From: Frankiaceae bacterium | Lineage (GTDB): Bacteria > Actinomycetota > Actinomycetes > JAFAQI01 | DNA: 64,000 nucleotides | Direction of reading: 5' to 3' | Assembly (NCBI GenBank): GCA_019239875.1 | Contig: JAFAZI010000047.1 | Span: 39,870-103,869 of the forward strand | Part shown: positions 21,295 through 27,658 of the stretch, piece after piece | How the letters are laid out: each line of letters begins with the position of its first letter | How positions within the stretch are numbered: position 1 is the first letter of the stretch | Made by a program: the position numbers and the translations under genes | The notes under the pieces: generated by a model | What the model was told of the DNA's origin: nothing | Database searches by the model: none | The model's input: the letters and a program-made list of their open reading frames with translations, nothing else

Positions 21295-22161
21295 TCACGA
21301 CCGCCGCCGGAGTGCAAGACCGCCGCCACCGAGGGCGAGCATGGCGATGATGAGGACGACCGTCAGATTGCGGCCGGTGTGCGAGGACGAGGCACTGGCG
21401 TCACTGACCGGCCGAGCTCCAGCCGGCGCCTGCGGCGAGTCAGCAGTGGACGAGCTGTCTCCGTTCCCAGAGCTGGCGGTCGACCCACCAGATGTGGAGG
21501 GTCGCGGCGAGCCGGCCGCGACCGCCGCGTCGTACTTTCGTTGCGCCTGGCGGAACTTCTTCTTCGGAAGGGTGGCGGTCTCGATGGATACCGCCGATCC
21601 GGAACCCTTGCAGTCATCCGCACCGGGATGCAGCTGGGTCCACCTGCCGTCGCTGACCGAGAAGTACGACGCGTTGTACGTCGATCGGAGGGCGGGGGCG
21701 CCTGGCGCGCCCAGATACATCCGGACCTGGAAGACGCCTTCGGCCGCGAGCGGGAAGTCCTTCAGATATGTCGCAAATGACTCGTCGAGGATCGTACCCG
21801 CGGCCATCGGATGGTCAGCATCCGAGAACCGCGCCGAGCCCGTGAGCTGCTGCGGGCTCCACTCCGGCGGCGGCACGTTGGGGCGCGGTTGGAACGCGTA
21901 CAACGTCGCGGTCCCACCGACCCGATAGCCCTTTGGTGCGGACGCCGCGCCGATCGCGCGGTAGATCGCCGGCTTGGTCGCCAACGAACCGCTGGTGACC
22001 TGATTGCCCTGGCCGTCACAGAGAGTGAGCGGGCCGGCGACTTGCGGGTCGGGCGGCGGCGTCACGCCGGCAATCGCTGGCGCCGCCAACCCCACCGCAA
22101 TCCCCACACTGACCGCGACAGTCGCAGCTCCCGATGAGAGGCCTCGGACCAACAACCTCAC
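21295..22161 (-). CDS. secreted surface protein, paralog B (two-Trp N-terminal domain; C-terminal TM anchor + RRRS)
   Basis: GTG 22161 (RBS AAGGAGA, overlaps upstream stop as GTGA); signal peptide VRLLVRGLSSGAATVAVSVGIAVGLAAPAIA; AGPLTLCDGQGNQVTSGSLATKP...EWSPQQ...FQVRMYL...DGRWTQLHPG; C-terminus SSSHTGRNLTVVLIIAMLALGGGGLALRRRS. Confidence 0.6.
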   Translation of the reverse strand: MRLLVRGLSSGAATVAVSVGIAVGLAAPAIAGVTPPPDPQVAGPLTLCDGQGNQVTSGSLATKPAIYRAIGAASAPKGYRVGGTATLYAFQPRPNVPPPEWSPQQLTGSARFSDADHPMAAGTILDESFATYLKDFPLAAEGVFQVRMYLGAPGAPALRSTYNASYFSVSDGRWTQLHPGADDCKGSGSAVSIETATLPKKKFRQAQRKYDAAVAAGSPRPSTSGGSTASSGNGDSSSTADSPQAPAGARPVSDASASSSHTGRNLTVVLIIAMLALGGGGLALRRRS

Positions 22162-23243
22162 GCGGGATCTCCTTGCGGCTGGGTCGCGGGTGGCGGGTCG
22201 ATCCGGTGCCGCCCCGCCTGGCGGCGATGTTTCCGCCACCAGTACCTGAAAGCCAACCCGACGATGAGGAGCAGGAGGATAAGGAGCAAGAGCCAAGGGA
22301 TGGCCAAGAAATGAACGCTGGATGAAGTGGGCTTCAAGCCGGTGTCGACCGCTCCCTGCAACCCTTCCGGGTTGACCGTGACCTTGGCGTTCATCAGCAG
22401 CTCTGGGTACACGTTCGGCACGGTGACGACAACGGGATACGACGCACCAGGCAGCAACGGGGGAATGCTCGCGACCGCCCCGCTGCTGACGTCCTCCCCG
22501 AACAGTCCGTGGACTGACACGGATTGCGGACCGCCGAAGACGACGTTCCCGCCGTTGTGGACCACGTAGCTGACCTTCACGTCACCGCGCGCGAACGGAT
22601 TGACCGGTCCGTCGTACGACGCCGTCAAGTTCCGGATGTCGACTCGAGGGTGGATCGGACCGGTCACGCGGAACACCGCGCGGACGGCGATGCGCTGCAG
22701 GAACTTCTCGTTCTGCGTGCTGCCCTGCCCGAACCGGCCTTTGACCTTGCCGGCGAGCGAGACCACGACGCCTCCGACATGGTCGCCCGGTGGCGCGTTC
22801 ATCGGGATGTGGACGTGTACCGGCAGGACGTTGACCGACCGCGGCTGCAGCGTGAGCACCCCACGACCGTGCGGGGTCCCCACCGACATCCAGGCACCGG
22901 CGTCCCGTCGCTTGACGTCGGGCAGCGGGAAGGAGATCGCGCCTCTGGTGTCAGGGACCGCGTCGACGGTGTACGTCGTCACCCGCAGCGGACGGTGGGA
23001 GTAGTTGGTGATCGCGACGTGGTCGGTCGTCTGGCCGCCGGGCGTGGTGTTGAACGTCAGGTACGGCCGGCCGTCGGGCCCCTTCGCACTCGACGGTGCG
23101 GCGCCGAAGGTCGCGTTCTTCACCTTGGTCGGTGACGAAGAAAAACGATGCCCCACGGGTCCGGCCGACGCTGCCGTCAGGCCTCCCATGAGCATCGTCA
23201 GTACGACGAGCGCAACCGATCGTCTGTAGTGCTTCAGTCCCAT
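22158..23243 (-). CDS. cell-surface protein with signal peptide and C-terminal TM anchor (possible CscA/DUF916-DUF3324-like)
   Basis: 361 aa; MGLKHYRRSVALVVLTMLMGGLTAASA signal; C-terminus LAIPWLLLLILLLLIVGLAFRYWWRKHRRQ. Size, architecture and neighbourhood (WxL-like paralogs, sorting-signal protein) resemble Gram-positive csc clusters. The family name is inferred, not demonstrated. Confidence 0.4.
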   Translation of the reverse strand: MGLKHYRRSVALVVLTMLMGGLTAASAGPVGHRFSSSPTKVKNATFGAAPSSAKGPDGRPYLTFNTTPGGQTTDHVAITNYSHRPLRVTTYTVDAVPDTRGAISFPLPDVKRRDAGAWMSVGTPHGRGVLTLQPRSVNVLPVHVHIPMNAPPGDHVGGVVVSLAGKVKGRFGQGSTQNEKFLQRIAVRAVFRVTGPIHPRVDIRNLTASYDGPVNPFARGDVKVSYVVHNGGNVVFGGPQSVSVHGLFGEDVSSGAVASIPPLLPGASYPVVVTVPNVYPELLMNAKVTVNPEGLQGAVDTGLKPTSSSVHFLAIPWLLLLILLLLIVGLAFRYWWRKHRRQAGRHRIDPPPATQPQGDPA

Positions 23244-23323
23244 CTACTCCCCTGAGAACAGCCCGGTGGGCCGGGACTGATGCCCCGGCCCACCGGTGTG
23301 AACTATCTAGTGCGCGACCACGA

Positions 23324-25186
23324 TCAGTTCCCGTCTGAGACGGTGAAGACGATCGTGCCCTTGTAGGTGCCAGCAGCCGTCGACGTCGGTGCGTTGAGCG
23401 TCAGCTTGCCGTCGTAGGTAGCGGTACCGACGCCGTTCGCCGAACCCTGCAGCACGTTGTGGGCTCCGTTGCCGAGACCCGCGTTGCCGGTGTCGGACGG
23501 TGACACACCAGCAGCGGCCGTGTTGTCGGTCGCCGTGATCGAGCCAGGCTCGCCGGTGTAGCTGTTGACCGGAGTCGACCCGTCGGGGCAAGTGCCGGTC
23601 GACGGCGCGAGCGCCGTCAGGCCGACGTTCTCACCGTTGATCGACGTGTACGCACCGCTCGGCGGCGTCGGGCCACCAGACTGGAGCGACAGCGCACTGG
23701 CCGCAGCCTGCGCGATGAAGCCCGTGTTGACACCACTCGTGTCGGTCACCGTGATGCACTTGAACGTCTTGTTCCCGGTCCACAGGGTGCCGGTTCCGTT
23801 CAATGCGAGGTTGCCCAGGTCGAGCGGGTTCGCGTCCGTGTACGGGGTGCTGATGATCAGCGTTCCGGTCGGGATGCTTGCCGTGATCGTCTGGGTGTCC
23901 GTGCACCCCGGACCGCCCGCCGCCGCCTCGCTGGTGCAGACACCACCGGCGAGGACCGTGGTGAACGAGTTCGGCGCAGAGGCCGAGGCCTCGTAGTTCG
24001 CCGGGTTCGTCGGAGTGAAGTGAGCAACCACGGTGTGCGAACCGGCCGAGAAGCCACCGGTGATGGTCGCCGAGTAGTGACCGCTGCCGTCAACAGCAAC
24101 ACTCGAGCCGCCGTCGACTGGGAGTGCGGAACCCTTGTCCGTGAACGACACCGAGCCGTTCGGCGTGCCCGACCCTGAGGTCACGGCACCCGAGAGCGTT
24201 GCGGTTCCACCGGTCTGGGTGTTACCCGTGATCGTCAATGAGGTGTTGGTCGGGGTGGCCGGCGGGTTCACCGTCTGAGAGAGGGCGTTCGAGGTCGAGC
24301 CCGTGTAGTACGGGAAGACGGTGTTCGCGCTCGGGGTGTAGACGGCGGTGATGCTGTACGGCGAGCCCGACGCGGTCAGAGCTGACGTTGAGACCGACGC
24401 GTGGCCGGTGCCGTTCAGCGACTGTGCCGCACCAAGGTTGGCAGCGCCGTTCTTGAACTGCACGGTGCCGTCGGTCGGGTTGGTGCCGTCCGCGCCCGTC
24501 ACCTGCGTGGTGAAGGTCACCGAGTTGCCCTGGTTGGACGGGTTCGCCGACGAGGTCGGGGTCGAGGTGGTGGTCGCGATCGGCGAGCCGTAAACCTCGG
24601 TCCAGTCACCGCCGGTGACTGCGCCGCTGCCGTCCTTGGTGATGTTGCTGACCATGATGTCCGCGGCCCAGTACGTCCCCGTCGTGCCGGTCTTGACGCG
24701 GATCTGGTAGAGCCCGGCGTACCCGTCAGTGGTGCTGGTGTCGGTGTTCGGGAAGTCGCCGATGTACGTGGACAGCGGCAGGTCGGATCCAGCCCCGGTG
24801 ACGACCGGGTGGGTGCCCAGACCGTTCACCGGCGCGGGGGCGCTGGTGTTCGGGTAAGTGGTCGAGGCCGCTGCCTGCTCACCGCCCCAGGCACCTGGCG
24901 CGACACCAATCTGCGGCGTGTAGAAGAACTGCGTGGCCTTGGTGTGGCCGGCGTCAGTAGTAGAGGCCGCGTAGTAGGCCGCGAGCGGTCCGTCGGTGAC
25001 GTGACCGTGCGTGACTTGCTGGCCGCTCGAGTTGTAGAGGGTCAGCGTTCCGACCTGATTCGAGTCGGGGGTCGACTGGTACGGTGGCGTCGCTGCGTTG
25101 GCAGCACCCGCTCCCACCAGCAGCAACGCCCCGGTCGTGGCCAGGGTTGCCGCCCCGGCTGTGACCGCTGCGAAGCGGATCTTCAT
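23324..25186 (-). CDS. secreted surface protein, paralog A (two-Trp N-terminal domain + long Thr/Gly/Ser-rich Ig-like repeats)
   Basis: 620 aa; strong RBS AAGGGAGAA before ATG 25186; signal MKIRFAAVTAGAATLATTGALLLVGAGAANA; QVGTLTLYNSSGQQVTHGHVTD...GAWGGEQ...YQIRVKT...GGDWTEVY; C-terminal ...AGTYKGTIVFTVSDGN. Confidence 0.65.
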   Translation of the reverse strand: MKIRFAAVTAGAATLATTGALLLVGAGAANAATPPYQSTPDSNQVGTLTLYNSSGQQVTHGHVTDGPLAAYYAASTTDAGHTKATQFFYTPQIGVAPGAWGGEQAAASTTYPNTSAPAPVNGLGTHPVVTGAGSDLPLSTYIGDFPNTDTSTTDGYAGLYQIRVKTGTTGTYWAADIMVSNITKDGSGAVTGGDWTEVYGSPIATTTSTPTSSANPSNQGNSVTFTTQVTGADGTNPTDGTVQFKNGAANLGAAQSLNGTGHASVSTSALTASGSPYSITAVYTPSANTVFPYYTGSTSNALSQTVNPPATPTNTSLTITGNTQTGGTATLSGAVTSGSGTPNGSVSFTDKGSALPVDGGSSVAVDGSGHYSATITGGFSAGSHTVVAHFTPTNPANYEASASAPNSFTTVLAGGVCTSEAAAGGPGCTDTQTITASIPTGTLIISTPYTDANPLDLGNLALNGTGTLWTGNKTFKCITVTDTSGVNTGFIAQAAASALSLQSGGPTPPSGAYTSINGENVGLTALAPSTGTCPDGSTPVNSYTGEPGSITATDNTAAAGVSPSDTGNAGLGNGAHNVLQGSANGVGTATYDGKLTLNAPTSTAAGTYKGTIVFTVSDGN

Positions 25187-25265
25187 GAGTTCTCCCTTAT
25201 TTGTGATGGTCCGATTTGGAGCAGGGCGTTGCTGAGGAAGTCGGATGTTGCGTGGCGTGGTCGCT

Positions 25266-25304
25266 CCGGGGGTGGGCAGCCCTAGCTAGCTGGCCCACCC
25301 CCGG
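25266..25304 (-). terminator. putative terminator hairpin between PstS-like gene and surface-protein cluster
   Basis: CCGGGGGTGGGC-agccctagctagctg-GCCCACCCCCGG: perfect 12-bp GC-rich stem, 18 nt downstream of the minus-strand stop at 25322; no U-tract. Confidence 0.4.
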
Positions 25305-25321
25305 AGCCCCCCGGATTCGAA

Positions 25322-26500
25322 TCAGCAGCTGGTCGGGTTCAAGCCACAGTCCTTGTACGCGGGGTCCGCACCTGCCGCCGCGACGAGCGCTTGGCCCGGA
25401 GCGGTCTTGAAGTACGGGTTCGCGCCCGAGAACAAGGTCTGGATCATGTTCTTCGTGCCGCCCGGCTCGAAGATGGTCGACGAGGACAGGTCGCTCTGCT
25501 TGAACACCACGAACAGGCCGCGCGTGTCGATGTACGCGGATCCACCGGCCGGCGGAGCGCCGCTGAGGATCTTGATGCCGGCGGCCAACGCTGCGCCGCC
25601 GGGGTACGGCGTCGCAGGGTTGTGGAAGTAGCTGCTGTCGTAGAGGTTGAGCCGGCTTCCGGAGAACGGCGCGATGGCGTCCGCCGGCGTACCGAAGTTG
25701 CCACTCGTGATTGCGGACGGGTCGTTCTCCTCAGCGGTCTGCACGCAGCTGCCGAGGGTGATCGTGCCGCCGCCGGCGGTCTGCAGGTCGGTGATGAAGG
25801 TGCTGCGCGTACCCGAACCCGACTGCGGAATGATCGGCACGATGTTCGTGGCCGACGTGCCGCCGATGTTGGAGTCGTTCCACTTCCGGTAGCCCGCGTC
25901 GCACTGGTAGACGTGGAAGAGCTGCGCTGCCGTCAGCGGTACCGCGTTCGACCCCGTCTTGAGCGCTGCGAGGCGAAGGTCCTCGGTGCCGAGCCGCACG
26001 ACATGAAGCCCACCGAAACCAGCCGTGCCGGCGGTGGTCTCCTCGGCCGCAGTTGGGAGCCGCGAAGCGCGGACGAAGTTGATCTGTCCATCAGGGAACG
26101 CGGCGGTCGGCGCGTCATTCAGCAGCGCCGCGATGCCCGCACCGGAGCCGTTGGGACGCTGCACCGGGTTGGTGCCGGACCGCAGCACGATCGTGGGGTT
26201 GAGAGGTGCGAGGGAGGCGTTAGTGCTGCCGTTCAGGTAGCCCGCCCGAGCGTTGGCATCCGGCGTGGCATCGAAGCTCACCAGCTTGTTGATGGCGCCG
26301 CCGCCATTGAAGCCGAGGTCGCCCGTAGCGTCACCGTCGGCGCCGAAGTCGACGAGGTACTGCACCGTGTCGGACCCGACGCCCACTGCGTCGGCGCCCG
26401 AAGGTGCGTAGTCCGCGTGGGCCGGGGAGGCGAGTGAGACGCTCACCGCTCCCGCGACCGCGACTGCGAGACCGACTCGCAGCGAATTCTTCATGCGCAT
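25322..26500 (-). CDS. secreted PstS-family phosphate-binding protein (second copy)
   Basis: Signal peptide MRMKNSLRVGLAVAVAGAVSVSLASPAHA; type-2 periplasmic-binding fold with the phosphate-binding SGSGTR motif (IIPQSGSGTRSTFITDL). Confidence 0.65.
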   Translation of the reverse strand: MRMKNSLRVGLAVAVAGAVSVSLASPAHADYAPSGADAVGVGSDTVQYLVDFGADGDATGDLGFNGGGAINKLVSFDATPDANARAGYLNGSTNASLAPLNPTIVLRSGTNPVQRPNGSGAGIAALLNDAPTAAFPDGQINFVRASRLPTAAEETTAGTAGFGGLHVVRLGTEDLRLAALKTGSNAVPLTAAQLFHVYQCDAGYRKWNDSNIGGTSATNIVPIIPQSGSGTRSTFITDLQTAGGGTITLGSCVQTAEENDPSAITSGNFGTPADAIAPFSGSRLNLYDSSYFHNPATPYPGGAALAAGIKILSGAPPAGGSAYIDTRGLFVVFKQSDLSSSTIFEPGGTKNMIQTLFSGANPYFKTAPGQALVAAAGADPAYKDCGLNPTSC

Positions 26501-26565
26501 GTTTCTGCCTTTCGGAAGTCTTGGTGTGCGCCTGGCGAAACGACACTCGCCGACCGAAACCTCCG

Positions 26566-26587
26566 GCTAGTGCGTAGCGAATGAACC
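26566..26587 (-). promoter_or_regulatory. candidate PHO box (PhoP direct repeats GTTCACCGGGG/GTTCATTCGCT)
   Basis: Minus strand reads ...GACAAGTTCACCGGGGGTTCATTCGCTACGC... about 66-88 nt upstream of the PstS-like ATG: two 11-nt direct-repeat units with the actinobacterial PhoP core GTTCAyy. Confidence 0.5.
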
Positions 26588-26674
26588 CCCGGTGAACTTG
26601 TCGTGGCGGACACATCGAAACCGGACAAGGACGTCGAACCGGCGGACCGCTCCCGCACGCCCGGAAGGACGGCG

Positions 26675-27658
26675 TCACATCAGATTTGGGAGCAGCCTGA
26701 ACACGTTGCTGCTGACCACCCAGACCAACGCGAGAATCACGGGCGCTCCCGCAAGCCACGCCTGCCACAGACCCCACCGGCTGCTGGCCCAGACCGTTGC
26801 CCCGCCCACGATCAGCAACGCCTGAAGCCAGAGCACGAGCGACTCGAGACCGGATGTGTCGGAGTGCATCGCGGTGGCGGATGGCGCGATCACCGTCGGC
26901 CGGCCGGCTGGCGCGAGCAACGCCTTCTCCTTGAGCGCCGCATCCACGAAGACTTCGTGACTCGGTGCCCACCCGGCCCGCCAGCCGGAACCTTGGGATG
27001 AGACCAGGGTCAAGCGGCCGCCGCCATCCGGCACCGGCGGCGGCAGGGGGTCCCCGTTGTGCCTGACGTTTATGACGCTGTAGTGGAAGGTGCCCTGCTG
27101 CGTAGTCGCCGTGATGATGTCGCCCGGATGCAACGATCCGATGTCCTTGAAGGGTGCACCGAAGCTCACGCTTCGGCCCATGAGAACCGACCACCCAAGC
27201 TGACCCGGCAGCGGAGTGTTCTGCTGATGACCGGGACCGTCCCGAAGCACGGTCGACGTCGTGCCTTCCACGACGACCGCCCGGTTGAGCCCAGCCGCAG
27301 GCATGCTGATCACAGCTAATGGCGTGCCCGGTTTGATAGCACCCCCGAGCGGCGCGACCTCCTGCGCGAGCGAGAAGCGCAGCTGCGAGTAGAGCCTGTG
27401 CTGGGCGCTGCGCTCCTGAATACCGCTGAGGAACACGCCGTAGATCAGCAGCCAGACCGCGGTCACGCTCAGCATGAACAGCACGCTGACCGTGAGCGAA
27501 ACACCCGGCGAGGCCGGCGGGAGCGGTGGCGCCTCGCGGGCGGCGGCGAACCGAGTCCGGACCCGTGCGAGTCGCGACGCCGCGGCGGGCTCCGCTCGCC
27601 GCGCGCCGGACCGGGCAGGGGCCGGTCGACCAGGTTTTGCGAGGTCCGTAGCGGTCAT
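26675..27658 (-). CDS. sortase-fold membrane protein lacking catalytic Cys and His (class-E-sortase-like pseudo-sortase)
   Basis: N-terminal TM (VSLTVSVLFMLSVTAVWLLIYGVFL). The region IKPGTPLAVISMPAAGLNRAVVVEGTTSTVLRDGPGHQQNTPLPGQLGWSVLMGRSVSFGAPFKDIGSLHPGDIITATTQQGTFHYSV...RLTLVSSQGSG is collinear with the sortase-E consensus (IPxIGv..VveGt...LxkGpGHypxTxlPGqxGNsviaGHRTTyGAPFxxLdxLxxGDxI...TyxY...LTLvTCHP). The GHRTT His is replaced by Arg and the TLxTC Cys by Ser; the protein contains no Cys at all. Two extra C-terminal TM segments. ATG overlaps the upstream stop (ATGA). Confidence 0.6.
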   Translation of the reverse strand: MTATDLAKPGRPAPARSGARRAEPAAASRLARVRTRFAAAREAPPLPPASPGVSLTVSVLFMLSVTAVWLLIYGVFLSGIQERSAQHRLYSQLRFSLAQEVAPLGGAIKPGTPLAVISMPAAGLNRAVVVEGTTSTVLRDGPGHQQNTPLPGQLGWSVLMGRSVSFGAPFKDIGSLHPGDIITATTQQGTFHYSVINVRHNGDPLPPPVPDGGGRLTLVSSQGSGWRAGWAPSHEVFVDAALKEKALLAPAGRPTVIAPSATAMHSDTSGLESLVLWLQALLIVGGATVWASSRWGLWQAWLAGAPVILALVWVVSSNVFRLLPNLM

